Assembly: GCA_965223325.1 (NCBI GenBank)
Contig: CBDCWI010000001.1
Coordinates: forward strand, 1-64,000
Length of the DNA: 64,000 bases
Direction of reading: 5' to 3'
Source of the DNA: Candidatus Multivoradales bacterium
GTDB lineage: Bacteria; Acidobacteriota; Thermoanaerobaculia; Multivoradales; Multivoraceae
The notes under the pieces are model-generated. The model had not been told where the DNA came from and ran no database searches. It was given only the letters and a program-made list of their open reading frames with translations. Below, piece after piece: positions 26,309 through 35,688 of this stretch; the first letter of the stretch is position 1, and every line of letters begins with the position of its first letter. Position numbers and translations under genes: made by a program.

Positions 26309-29300
26309 CTAGTTGCCTCCTCGGGTTGTGACCTTTTCGCTGTTGGTGTCGAGCCCCAGCCCCTGCCAGCTCGACCAGTTGATTTCCGCGCGGCCGTCTG
26401 AGCCGCTCTGCCCCACGAACGCCTCCTCGCCGAGCAGCACGTACCGGTTGTCGTCGATCTTCGTGGGGTTCTTCGTTCCGTTGAACCAGTTGGCCAGCGT
26501 CGAATCGAGGTTCAGCGGGCAGCCGGACGTCGTCGTCGGGCTTACCTGCATCGACACCACGTATCCGCAAGACCAGCAACCGTCGTTATCGCCCTCAGAG
26601 ACGAAGATGTTGTTCTCGACCGTGACGTCGCGGGTGTAGTAGTTCGCCGGCGAAGTCCGGCAGTCGTTGCCGAGGCTCAGGCCGCTGTTGACCCCGGGTG
26701 AATCGACGATCGTGTTTTGAATCCATGAGTCTCGAACGATCGTGTCTTCGCTGTTCGCGACGGCGATCTGGGCGTCTTCGTTCCGCATCGCGATGACGCG
26801 CTCGATCGTGGCGGCAAACGCGATCTCGTGGCGGACGCCCTCCTGGTTGCCAGAGGCCCAGAGGTCGCGAAACACAATGCTCGAGCCAACGGCGTCGCCA
26901 ACGTCGATGTCAGTCCACCACCCGGGCCCGAGACAATCTTCGGCAGTACTGTTGGCGATCAGCAGGTTGTCGACGTTGCCCGTCGCAAACTTGGTGCAGC
27001 CGGCCTCCCAGACGTAGCTGTGCCCCTTGTCGCGGTTGACCCGCCTGATAGCAACGTTCTCGATCGTCAGGTCGTCGTTGTTGCCACCGATACCGAGCCG
27101 GCCGATGTCCTCGATGATCGAGTGCTGGACCGTCGAGCCGTCGCCGTCCATCATGATTCCGACGCCGCCGCTTTGGCCGAGGTACGAGTACTCGAAGATC
27201 GCGCCGGCGCCCATGTCGATCACGTTGTTCGTCTCGACCGGTGGTTCGGCGGACGCATTGAAGTATTTGACCGTGCAGTTTCGAACCGTGTGGGGGTTGG
27301 CCTCCGTGCTGTCCGAGAGGTCGAAAGCCTTCTCTTCGGACGTGGCTTCGATCACCAAATCCTGGTTGAGCTCGGGGTCGAAGTTCAGATAGATGCGATC
27401 GGCGGCGTAGTCGAAGTAGAACTCGTCGTCCTGGTCAAGGTTTGCTTTGCTGGTGACCGGAGTCAGGTGGACCCCGTCGAGATAGACCGCCTCCGACTCC
27501 TCGCAGTTCGTCCACCCGCTCTGGCATCCCTGGGTGTAGTCGGTCGAGTCCTGCGTTTGCCCGGTCACGTACCAGTCGCCCGTGTCAGACGTCCAGGCGA
27601 CGGTCGCCGGCGAAATGTCGTTGCTCCCGAGGATCAGAGTCGTGCTGTCCTCGCACACGATGTTTGTGGTTCCGGCGCCGGGGTCGATCACGCCGGCGGG
27701 CCGGCAGGTACCGCGGATCTCGTAATCGCCGCTGCTGGTGATCGTGACTGAGGGATCGCCGGACGCATCGCAATCGATCACAGTTGCACCGCCGGGGATG
27801 GTCGGCGAGTCGGTGGGCCCTCGATCATCGTCGTACTGAGCTGCCACAGCCGCCCGCAGATGACTCGGGTACATCGTGTCCCGCTCGAGACCGCCCCGCG
27901 AGGGATCGTCTCCGCGCTGCTTGTTGGCCCGATCGATCGCGCTCGTAAGGGCCGAGGTCCGCGCACCGAGAATGCAAGTGTCGTGGAGAGCTGGGCGCCA
28001 GTCATCGCCGGCGGTGTCCTCGAACACCGGTGTGCAGAGGTCGCTCCCCGTATCGCCAGACGCCGTCTCCCAAGTTGAAAAGGCTCCCGTCGAGTACTCC
28101 GTCGAGTTCCACCGCCAGTTTCCGGCGTCGTAGCTGTTGTCCTCGATCGTCCAGTTCGACCCGCCGGTGCGGTCGTCGATGTTGTCGCCGTTGTCGTAGA
28201 AGGCGTTTCCGCGAATCGTGACCTTCTGGAGCACGTGGGTCGCCGAACCCTCGTTCTCGACGTAGATGCCGTTGATGCACCCGACGAAGGTGTTGCCATC
28301 GAACACAAACTCTGCGTCGGCGGTGTAGGCCTCGGTGTTCTGGCCCACGTCCAAACGGACGCAGTTGCGTTGCGCCGAGTCCCCGTCGATCATCGTGCTG
28401 TTGCGAAGGGTGAAGTTCTCGATTCGCGAGTCGCCGTCACCGACGTTATCGATCGTGACGAAGATCACGTCTCCGAAACCGGTGTGGTCATCGTCCCCGT
28501 ACCACTCGAGACGATCAACGATGACCGGGCCGGTTATCTCGTCGACGTCACAGAAGGTGTTATCGGCACTCTCGACCACGAAGCTCCCGCACTGGTCGCA
28601 GTAGACGTTTGTCACCCAGACGTCCTGGATGCACTGGGCCGGGCTCCCGAAGTTGGGCATGTCGAGGGCGTGCCCGTCGCTCGTGCCTTCGATTCGGATG
28701 TCCCGGAACTCGACGTGGTCGACGCTGCCCCAGACGTCAAAAAGAACGTGGGTCGCGTCCCCGCCGCCGGCCGCGATGACGTCACGGTACGTGTAGTTGT
28801 CGAAGCGCCAGCGCGTGCGGCGGGTGAAGCCCGTACCGTCACACTCGCCGCGCATGGCATAGAAGAAGCTGTTTTCGGTGACCGCCTGGCCATCGACCAA
28901 GATGTTTCGAAACAGCAGATCGTCGCCGCTGTCTCCGTTCTGGCAGCCGAAGACGTTGAGCAGCTGAAAGGACTTGATGTCGTTGACCTCGATGTCGTGC
29001 AGGTACCACGAGTCGCGATCGCCGGAGGTCACGCCAGACGGGGACCAGATCGGGTCGGTGATGTCATCAAAGCGGATGTGCGCGATCTCGACTCGTGACA
29101 CACCGGTTTCCCACAGGAAGACCTCGTCGTCAGTCCCGTCGAAGATCGGCATGTCCTCGTGATAGTTGCCGTCGTTGTCGTCGTCCCAGGCAACGATCAA
29201 CGTCGGGTTCGTCGGAACCGCGACCGGAAAGGCTTCGTCGCCGGACTGGTCCCACCTGGTCCCGGCGTCGCCGCTCGGAATGTCATCAATCAGGTCGTCG

Positions 29301-29683
29301 CCAGTGCCGCCCGTGCCCTTGAGGCAGTAGGCGTCTTCGCCGGCTGCGAGGCCCGAGCGGTTGTCGATGGCGTATGCGAGTGTCGCGCACGGCGAGTCGG
29401 GTGTGCCGCAAGACCCGCTATCGGTGCCCGACGTCATGTCGACGTAGACCTCGGACTCCGTCGTGCTGTCGCCGTCCCAGTCGACCGCAACCATGCTCGA
29501 GCCCGAAGTCGAGTCGCAGACGTCGCAGTCCGAGGCTTCGCCGACAATGCCGTCGTCGTCCAGGTCGAGACCGCAGATCCGCGCCTCGTAGCCGCGGCCC
29601 CTGTGGTCGCCGAGCTCGGTGGCAACCAAATCGTTCACCCCAAAGGTGAACAGAACCAGGAGGACGCTAGAAAACCGCCGCAT
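26309..29683 (-). CDS. Exported parallel beta-helix (pectin-lyase-like) protein with two helix domains
   Basis: N-terminal MRRFSSVLLVLFTFGVNDLVA; DxDxDG motifs; CGTPDSPCATLAYA; PbH repeats; many Cys. Confidence 0.8.
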   Translation of the reverse strand: MRRFSSVLLVLFTFGVNDLVATELGDHRGRGYEARICGLDLDDDGIVGEASDCDVCDSTSGSSMVAVDWDGDSTTESEVYVDMTSGTDSGSCGTPDSPCATLAYAIDNRSGLAAGEDAYCLKGTGGTGDDLIDDIPSGDAGTRWDQSGDEAFPVAVPTNPTLIVAWDDDNDGNYHEDMPIFDGTDDEVFLWETGVSRVEIAHIRFDDITDPIWSPSGVTSGDRDSWYLHDIEVNDIKSFQLLNVFGCQNGDSGDDLLFRNILVDGQAVTENSFFYAMRGECDGTGFTRRTRWRFDNYTYRDVIAAGGGDATHVLFDVWGSVDHVEFRDIRIEGTSDGHALDMPNFGSPAQCIQDVWVTNVYCDQCGSFVVESADNTFCDVDEITGPVIVDRLEWYGDDDHTGFGDVIFVTIDNVGDGDSRIENFTLRNSTMIDGDSAQRNCVRLDVGQNTEAYTADAEFVFDGNTFVGCINGIYVENEGSATHVLQKVTIRGNAFYDNGDNIDDRTGGSNWTIEDNSYDAGNWRWNSTEYSTGAFSTWETASGDTGSDLCTPVFEDTAGDDWRPALHDTCILGARTSALTSAIDRANKQRGDDPSRGGLERDTMYPSHLRAAVAAQYDDDRGPTDSPTIPGGATVIDCDASGDPSVTITSSGDYEIRGTCRPAGVIDPGAGTTNIVCEDSTTLILGSNDISPATVAWTSDTGDWYVTGQTQDSTDYTQGCQSGWTNCEESEAVYLDGVHLTPVTSKANLDQDDEFYFDYAADRIYLNFDPELNQDLVIEATSEEKAFDLSDSTEANPHTVRNCTVKYFNASAEPPVETNNVIDMGAGAIFEYSYLGQSGGVGIMMDGDGSTVQHSIIEDIGRLGIGGNNDDLTIENVAIRRVNRDKGHSYVWEAGCTKFATGNVDNLLIANSTAEDCLGPGWWTDIDVGDAVGSSIVFRDLWASGNQEGVRHEIAFAATIERVIAMRNEDAQIAVANSEDTIVRDSWIQNTIVDSPGVNSGLSLGNDCRTSPANYYTRDVTVENNIFVSEGDNDGCWSCGYVVSMQVSPTTTSGCPLNLDSTLANWFNGTKNPTKIDDNRYVLLGEEAFVGQSGSDGRAEINWSSWQGLGLDTNSEKVTTRGGN

Positions 29684-30512
29684 CGCAGTCTCCTAGGTCG
29701 CCGGTGATCGATTCGTCATCGTAGAACCCACGGTCGAGGTAGACGCTGCCGCGACAAACACACAGCTCGCCCGTCGGGCCGCACGCCTGCATCTTGCGAA
29801 GCTCGGTGTCAGTCAGCGCCCCATTGGTCGAGATATCGATCCAGACCTCATCCATCTCGCCGTCGGTCGCGTTGCCCAGGCGAAGATCCTGGTTTCCCCC
29901 CACGATGTCGGCCGACGCCGGCGTGGAGGTATCCAGAGTCCCGTTGACAATCAGGTCGACAGTGCCGGCGCTGTCGTCCCACCGACCACAGATGGCCGCC
30001 CACGAGTCGCAAAGGTCGCCCGGGTTGTCGGTGTTGCGATAGACGGATGTGCCGTCATGGACCTCGAAGTCGACCGCATAGTTCGCGCAGAAGTTGGAGT
30101 ACCAGAAGTCCCAGCCTCCCGATCCGTTGCGGTTTTGGGCCAGGTAGCCACCGCTGCCGGTTGTGCCCTCCATCTGGTAGTAGGCGCAGACCACGACGTC
30201 CTCGCCACTCGCAGCGTCTACCTCGTCGCAGGTGGCATCGGTCGCAACCAGCCGATCAGTGGACGTATCAGGAAATGACGCGGCGTTGCCGAGAACGCCG
30301 GTTGCTGACGAGACTGTGCCCTCCTGCGTCAGGTCGCAATCCGTTCCCGCAGTCCCGGCGGTGAGGGCCCTGTTTCCGCTCGACTCATCGAGCGACCAGT
30401 ACGCGGTCATCGAGCCGGTCTCGTCAGGCGGTGACGACCGCCTGATCAGGTTGCCAGCGGCCACCGACTGTGCCGCAAAGGCAGCGACGAGTGCGACTAG
30501 AGCGATGCGCAT
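29667..30512 (-). CDS. Exported LamG/concanavalin-like protein
   Basis: Signal MRIALVALVAAFAAQSVAA; AYWSLDESSG..GVLGNAASF..DGEMDEVWI; 10 Cys. Confidence 0.8.
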   Translation of the reverse strand: MRIALVALVAAFAAQSVAAGNLIRRSSPPDETGSMTAYWSLDESSGNRALTAGTAGTDCDLTQEGTVSSATGVLGNAASFPDTSTDRLVATDATCDEVDAASGEDVVVCAYYQMEGTTGSGGYLAQNRNGSGGWDFWYSNFCANYAVDFEVHDGTSVYRNTDNPGDLCDSWAAICGRWDDSAGTVDLIVNGTLDTSTPASADIVGGNQDLRLGNATDGEMDEVWIDISTNGALTDTELRKMQACGPTGELCVCRGSVYLDRGFYDDESITGDLGDCDAAVF

Positions 30513-30515
30513 GAC

Positions 30516-32249
30516 TCAGTCCCTCGTCCAGCAGACGGTGATGATGTAGTCATCGGTGGTCGGGTCGGGCGTGTTGTCGACGTCCAAACGAAGCCCCTCG
30601 CCAGCAGTCAGGCCGCCGCCGGCGGTGATGGACTGAAACGTCGCGGCGGTGCCGCCCGTCGTGCAGGTCGGAACTGTGTGCGTCATCGCATTGCCACCGG
30701 TGTCCTCGAGACTCACCTGGCCGACGGTTGTGCCCGTGCCCTCATAGCGGCAGCCCACCTGCTCGACCGTCACCGCGTAGGGAAAGGGGCCAAGGATCAG
30801 AAGATCATCGTCGGCAGCCTGCATCGACTGAATCGTCGTGCTGTCGCAGGTCTCGTGCTCCTCGACGTCGTTGTTCGCGGCGTCGTAGTAGAGGACCCCA
30901 TTCGGAATCGCTTCGCCATCGAACTCGCTGCCGTCGCCGATCATGATCTGGTCATCGGCCGCGGTCACCGTGGCACCGGCGTCGATGAGGTCGGTCGTCG
31001 AGGCTGCCCCGATGTCTCCGCGGACCTCGGCCGAGGTGCGGTACTGGAACTGCGTGGTGTCGAGCGGATCAACCCGGACGTACTCACCGGCCAGCGGCGT
31101 ATCCGTCCCGTCGTCAAGCTCCGAGGTCCCAACGCTGTCCGCGCCGCCACCGCCACCCGTTTGGTCGAGGTACTCCTCGCCGGCGTCCTTGGTGCCGTCG
31201 CAGTCCTTGTCGGCGTATGGCCGGTCTGAGTCGATCGTGACGCAGGACGCAGAACCTACCGTCAGGCTCCCGAGCTGCACCCTCCCGGCCGTCGCGAGGT
31301 TCGCACTCGAGGCGACTGTGATGTCGTCTGGCACCTCACCGTCTGAGTCCGGCTGGTCGTCGTCCGTGCCGGTCTGGATTGCTGCCCCGTCGAGAGTGGT
31401 CCCGGCCGTCAGATTCCCGTCGACAGCGATCGTGATCGTGTCGGTTCCCGAGTTGCCCGTGATCGTGATGTCCTGGCCGGCTGCCCAGGTCAACGTATCT
31501 GTGGCAGAACTCGCAACAGGATCGGTTCCGCTGGGGGTGTCATGGGTCTCGAAGCTGTTGGCAGACCCTCCGCCGGTGTTGTCTGTCGCGCAGACGAACG
31601 AACTCCCGTTGTACTCCACGACCTCGCCGCTGGTGCACCCCGCTGTCGACATGTCCGAAAGGTCGTTCATGCCGTCGGTACCGGTCTGAATCGCGGCTCC
31701 GCCTAGGGTGGTTCCTCCGGTCAGATCTCCGTCGAACGCAATGGTGATCGAGTCGTTTGTCGAGTTACCTGTGATCGTGATGTCCTGCCCGGCGAGCCAC
31801 TGGAGGACGTCGGTCGCCGAATCTGCCACCGGATCGGTGCCGCTCGGCGTGTCCTGCGTCACGAACGAGTCAGACGAGCCACCACCCGACGCGTCGAGGT
31901 ACTCCTCGCCGGCGTCCTTGGTGCCGTCGCAGTCCTTGTCGGCGTACGCTCGGTCTGCGTCGTCGCAGATGCAAGTGGCAGAGCTCGAGGTCAGGCTCCC
32001 GATCTGGAGGCAGCCCGCGGTTTCGAGGTTCGACGAACTCGAGATCGTCAGGTTGTCGGGAACGTTCGAGTCGCTGATCAGCGCCAGGATCTGCGTGACG
32101 GTGAGCTTGCGCGTCGTACCACCCTGGTTGGAGGGCAGCTCATCGGAGCCAGAGGCAGATCCCGCCGCCGGCAGCTGGGAAATCCGCTGCGCGCCGGCCG
32201 GCAAGGCCGCAAAAAGCAGCGCGAACGCCGGAATCAGGATTCGTTTCAT
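30516..32249 (-). CDS. Exported fibre-like repeat protein
   Basis: GAGGA RBS; signal MKRILIPAFALLFAALPAGA, then QRISQLPAA; A-B-B-A internal repeats; 12 Cys. Confidence 0.8.
   Translation of the reverse strand: MKRILIPAFALLFAALPAGAQRISQLPAAGSASGSDELPSNQGGTTRKLTVTQILALISDSNVPDNLTISSSSNLETAGCLQIGSLTSSSATCICDDADRAYADKDCDGTKDAGEEYLDASGGGSSDSFVTQDTPSGTDPVADSATDVLQWLAGQDITITGNSTNDSITIAFDGDLTGGTTLGGAAIQTGTDGMNDLSDMSTAGCTSGEVVEYNGSSFVCATDNTGGGSANSFETHDTPSGTDPVASSATDTLTWAAGQDITITGNSGTDTITIAVDGNLTAGTTLDGAAIQTGTDDDQPDSDGEVPDDITVASSANLATAGRVQLGSLTVGSASCVTIDSDRPYADKDCDGTKDAGEEYLDQTGGGGGADSVGTSELDDGTDTPLAGEYVRVDPLDTTQFQYRTSAEVRGDIGAASTTDLIDAGATVTAADDQIMIGDGSEFDGEAIPNGVLYYDAANNDVEEHETCDSTTIQSMQAADDDLLILGPFPYAVTVEQVGCRYEGTGTTVGQVSLEDTGGNAMTHTVPTCTTGGTAATFQSITAGGGLTAGEGLRLDVDNTPDPTTDDYIITVCWTRD
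31164..31946. repeat. 54-bp exact direct repeat (31164-31217 and 31893-31946) in the fibre gene
   Basis: Both copies encode YADKDCDGTKDAGEEYLD with identical codons. Confidence 0.85.
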
Positions 32250-32260
32250 CGCGTCGTTCC

Positions 32261-32698
32261 TCATGCGGCAACCAGGGCGGGGTCAAGAGCGTCAGTCATG
32301 CGCTCGAATGGGATACGGAGCTCGCGCCGATCGAACTCCTCGTCTTGGATCTGTTGGCCGGGAAGGGGAACCGAAAAGTCCATTTCCCCGTCTGGCTTTG
32401 CCGAGTGAAAGGCCAGGACGAGAGCGTCAAAGAGCTCGCGGGCCCGGCCATCTCGAGCGCCGTGCTCGACATGCACGATCGCCGACACCTCGCCCTCGAG
32501 TCGGACACACTCGAACGTGAGATGCTCCGAAAACAGGTACTCGACGTCCCACGTCACGTAGACCGCCGGCGCGTCGATCGATCCGTTCGGAGTCGGCGGC
32601 GAAAACTTCTGGTTCGGCGCGAACACAACGAGGGCTCCGGGTGGAGCCCAGGTTGAGAAAACCTCGCCGATAGCCTGGCGCTCTTCTACGTAGTTCAT
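32261..32698 (-). CDS. Tail terminator/completion protein
   Basis: PNQKFSPP..YV..G.V..IV.V..G.G..A.EL.D.L..F pattern; neck position. Confidence 0.7.
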   Translation of the reverse strand: MNYVEERQAIGEVFSTWAPPGALVVFAPNQKFSPPTPNGSIDAPAVYVTWDVEYLFSEHLTFECVRLEGEVSAIVHVEHGARDGRARELFDALVLAFHSAKPDGEMDFSVPLPGQQIQDEEFDRRELRIPFERMTDALDPALVAA

Positions 32699-33072
32699 CC
32701 GCCACGCCTCCGAACAAGACCGCGGAGAAAGCGCGTCGAGTTGCGAGCAAGCTTCTCGATGATCGGACCGGCGATTCCCCGAGGCGCTTGAAGGGAACCG
32801 AGCACTCCCCGCGTTCCCTGACGACGGCCACCCTCAATGATCGAAGCGTGGTCGACGGTGTTGAGGTAGCGCGTCCGGTCGCCAGAGCGGACCTTTCGCC
32901 ACCCACTGGCCAACTCACCGGTTCGTTTCGGCGACCTGGACGCGAGCGCGTCGAGCTCCCTGTCGACGTGGGTTGCCGTGTCGACGCGAAGAGCCCTGAT
33001 CATCGAGGGCACCTGACGCCGAAAAGCACGACCGGCGGCATCGAAGCTGGTAAAGCGTCCTCCCACCCTCAT
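32695..33072 (-). CDS. HK97 gp10-like tail completion protein
   Basis: SPKRTGELASGW..N.VDHASIIEGG..S.QAPRG motif. Confidence 0.75.
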   Translation of the reverse strand: MRVGGRFTSFDAAGRAFRRQVPSMIRALRVDTATHVDRELDALASRSPKRTGELASGWRKVRSGDRTRYLNTVDHASIIEGGRRQGTRGVLGSLQAPRGIAGPIIEKLARNSTRFLRGLVRRRGG

Positions 33073-33644
33073 ATCGCACGCTCGCTTCCGAACTCGACAC
33101 GCCATGCGACCGGCGTTTCCGCTCGTCCTGACAGTCGCCGGAATCGCACAACCATCTCGGTTGCACCGTCTGCCTCGAGGAGCAGGTCACCAACCCGAGG
33201 GCGGTGGTCCTCGCTATATAGCCAGATCTCCCGCTGGCCAAACTCTTCGGAGGTGCCGACCGCAAGGCCTCGCCGGCTCGCGGGCTCGAACGCGAAGAAC
33301 TCGAGAACCGCCGGAGAAACGGTTACAGGGTCCGACTCCGCCACCGAGGCCGCAAGGCCCGTCGTCAGATCTATAGTGATCTCGTGGTCGGTGGCCGTCG
33401 CGTCGCTCGAGACGAGATAGTCCTGGCCGCCCACCGTCACCACCAGGCCGGCGGGCACGGAACCCGACAGCCCCGTCCCGCGGACCAGGATCTGAGTGGC
33501 GCCCGCCAGTGCCGGTGCTGCCACTTCAAGGGCTGCGGCGGTGCCCGAAACGTCATCGGCCAGCGAGTGGTTGCGCTGGAGCGTCACGGTGCCGTCTTGA
33601 CCGTTGTAGCGGATGCGGCGGCCCACCATGTCTCGCACCCTCAT
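33069..33644 (-). CDS. Putative head closure (stopper) protein with inserted domain
   Basis: Position after the connector; GGAGG RBS; PRVGDLL C-terminus. Confidence 0.55.
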   Translation of the reverse strand: MRVRDMVGRRIRYNGQDGTVTLQRNHSLADDVSGTAAALEVAAPALAGATQILVRGTGLSGSVPAGLVVTVGGQDYLVSSDATATDHEITIDLTTGLAASVAESDPVTVSPAVLEFFAFEPASRRGLAVGTSEEFGQREIWLYSEDHRPRVGDLLLEADGATEMVVRFRRLSGRAETPVAWRVEFGSERAI

Positions 33645-34897
33645 ACCGCGTACCTCCGCAGGGAATCGAGAAGGCGCATGGCATCCGGCGGAATCAGGCC
33701 GAGGTCCGCGCCATAGCGCTCCTCGAAGCCGTCGGCTTTCTGCGACACGAGCCCGAGCGCCCGGCTCTCGTCGCGAATCGCAGCCATCGTCATGTAGGCC
33801 GCGGTAAGAACCTGGCGCGGCAGGATCTGAGCCTCACGCGTAACCAGCGTCGCCGTGTTGTCGGTGACAGAAGCACCTGATTCGGTCGGCCAGACAGGCT
33901 CGTTCGCGCCGAGCACGCCGGCACTGGTTACTTCGAGCAGATACCGCGTTTGTGTGGCCTTGACCCACTGCCCCACCGCTACGCTTTCGCCAGCACTCCA
34001 CTTGACGACCGCCGAGGGCAGCACGTAGCCCGCGGTGTACTCGACCAGGATGCGTGGGACGCCCTCAGAGTTCCAACCGGAGCCACGCGGCCAACAACTG
34101 TCGCGGTAGAGCATGGCGTACTCGTCAGAATCGACCTGCCAATCAAAGACCTCTTCGCCGGCAATCCAGACCCGAATCGTCCCGAGCTCAATCGGATGCC
34201 GCGACAACAGAAGTGTTGACTTGCCGTGTCCGTCCGGAACCTCTCGGTAGCCCTGACGAAGTAGGCAGCCGGCCTCGTCCTCGATCGCGCTGCTCACCTC
34301 GGCGATGTAGTCGAGAATCACCGCGTCGTCATCAGTCATGCTCAATCGCGCCTTGACCGCATCGAGCGTGAGAAGGTCTGTGCTACTCGCAGGGATGGCC
34401 ACCTCGAGCTGGACCGTGGGCGCTGTGATCGTCGTCGCGGGAGAGGTGGAGTCCCGAACCGGGATGATCACGCTCTCTTCGAGAATTTGCGGTGTTGGCG
34501 CGAGGTCCGACGTGATGCGAACCGTTACCGTGTAGTCGACACCGTCCTCGCCACCGGCGACGAAGAATCGGACAGCCTTCGCACCTTCGAACAGCTCGTC
34601 GGAAACAAGGGTCAGGCCAGAGGTTTCGACGGTCGCGCTTGCGATGTCCTCACCGGCCGAGTCGTCGAGCTCGAACCGGTCGATCTGCCGCCAGTTCGCG
34701 GCGTCGTCACCGATCACCGACCCGCTCGAGCTGTGGCCGAGAACACACTCGTAGTAGAGGTCCCCGACAGGGTCTCGCCGGACGTCCCCCACGACAAACG
34801 ATCCAGCGGCCCAGTCCTGGGCGCCAAACCGAACGATGTACCACTTGGTCTCGCTCGGGTCCTTGGGGTCTAGACAAAGAGCGCTCACGCTGCTCAC
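33641..34897 (-). CDS. Head-tail connector (gp6-like) fused to an N-terminal Ig-like adaptor domain
   Basis: LLTLDAVKARL..DDA.I..I...S.AIE, VEYTAGY, LLDSLRR; N-terminal KDPSE..GG.DG.DY.VTV.ITS. Confidence 0.75.
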   Translation of the reverse strand: MSSVSALCLDPKDPSETKWYIVRFGAQDWAAGSFVVGDVRRDPVGDLYYECVLGHSSSGSVIGDDAANWRQIDRFELDDSAGEDIASATVETSGLTLVSDELFEGAKAVRFFVAGGEDGVDYTVTVRITSDLAPTPQILEESVIIPVRDSTSPATTITAPTVQLEVAIPASSTDLLTLDAVKARLSMTDDDAVILDYIAEVSSAIEDEAGCLLRQGYREVPDGHGKSTLLLSRHPIELGTIRVWIAGEEVFDWQVDSDEYAMLYRDSCWPRGSGWNSEGVPRILVEYTAGYVLPSAVVKWSAGESVAVGQWVKATQTRYLLEVTSAGVLGANEPVWPTESGASVTDNTATLVTREAQILPRQVLTAAYMTMAAIRDESRALGLVSQKADGFEERYGADLGLIPPDAMRLLDSLRRYAV

Positions 34898-35121
34898 GCT
34901 GCCCGCCTTCCCAGCGCCGCCGCAACGCTACGACCACCAGTAGCCGCCGCTCCTGCAACCCGCCCACGCCGGCGCACCTTGACGGGCAGCGCCACCAGGT
35001 CAACCTCGGGCAGGTCTGCGCGCTTGAGCGTAGGCGCCACAATCGTGCTGCCGGCCGCAACGCAATCACATGGGCGCGTCCGGATTCCGAGGTGGGTCTG
35101 GGTGTATCGGTCGAGGGTCAT
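34894..35121 (-). CDS. Small basic hypothetical protein
   Basis: 4-nt overlaps at both ends. Confidence 0.5.
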   Translation of the reverse strand: MTLDRYTQTHLGIRTRPCDCVAAGSTIVAPTLKRADLPEVDLVALPVKVRRRGRVAGAAATGGRSVAAALGRRAA

Positions 35122-35684
35122 TGTCTGTTGGTGCTGGTTGTTGTTCCGTCGTCTGCGTGGTCGATCACGATGTCGCTGGACTCGGTGCGGGTACGGGTGT
35201 CGGTTCTAAGGACCCCATCGGCCACGTCAAGCCCGAGCAGCTTCCAAACCTCGCGAAGCTGGTTCGATTGCGAAGTGTCGAGCCCGGACCCGGCCTGAAT
35301 CGATTGCGTAAGCAAGGACCTCTCCGCCTGGACGAGTACCTGGTGCGAGCTCGTCGTCGGAACGACTACCTGTTGCGCCCCGTCCTGGCCGAACAGCTGT
35401 CCAACCAAGATCAGCTCGTGATCCGCGTCGTAGGGCCGAATGCGCCACCCGAGATCGTTGCGGAGAAAGAAGTACGCGCCGACCGCCTTGCCGCCGCCCA
35501 CGTCGTCCCCGCCGACCGTCCTCCAAGGAAAGGTGAAGCGGTTCAAGACCGGATCGGACAGCCAATCGTTCTTGGCTGCCGAGTAGAGATCCTTCTGTAC
35601 GTCGACCGTGACAAACCCGCCGACCGGCGCAGCGGTCAGCGTGATCAGCTTGTTCACAGCGTCGTAGGTGGCGACCGCGCCCAT
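35118..35684 (-). CDS. Virion structural protein (head-appendage module)
   Basis: DLYSAAKNDW..RTVGGD..YFFL.N..GWRIRP motif; in the head operon. Confidence 0.7.
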   Translation of the reverse strand: MGAVATYDAVNKLITLTAAPVGGFVTVDVQKDLYSAAKNDWLSDPVLNRFTFPWRTVGGDDVGGGKAVGAYFFLRNDLGWRIRPYDADHELILVGQLFGQDGAQQVVVPTTSSHQVLVQAERSLLTQSIQAGSGLDTSQSNQLREVWKLLGLDVADGVLRTDTRTRTESSDIVIDHADDGTTTSTNRQ

Positions 35685-35688
35685 TCAC

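Noticed and set aside
31164-31946. Diversity-generating retroelement TR/VR pair
   Set aside because: The copies are identical rather than adenine-mismatched, both are internal to one gene, and the phage has no RT; the only RT is intron-type in host DNA.
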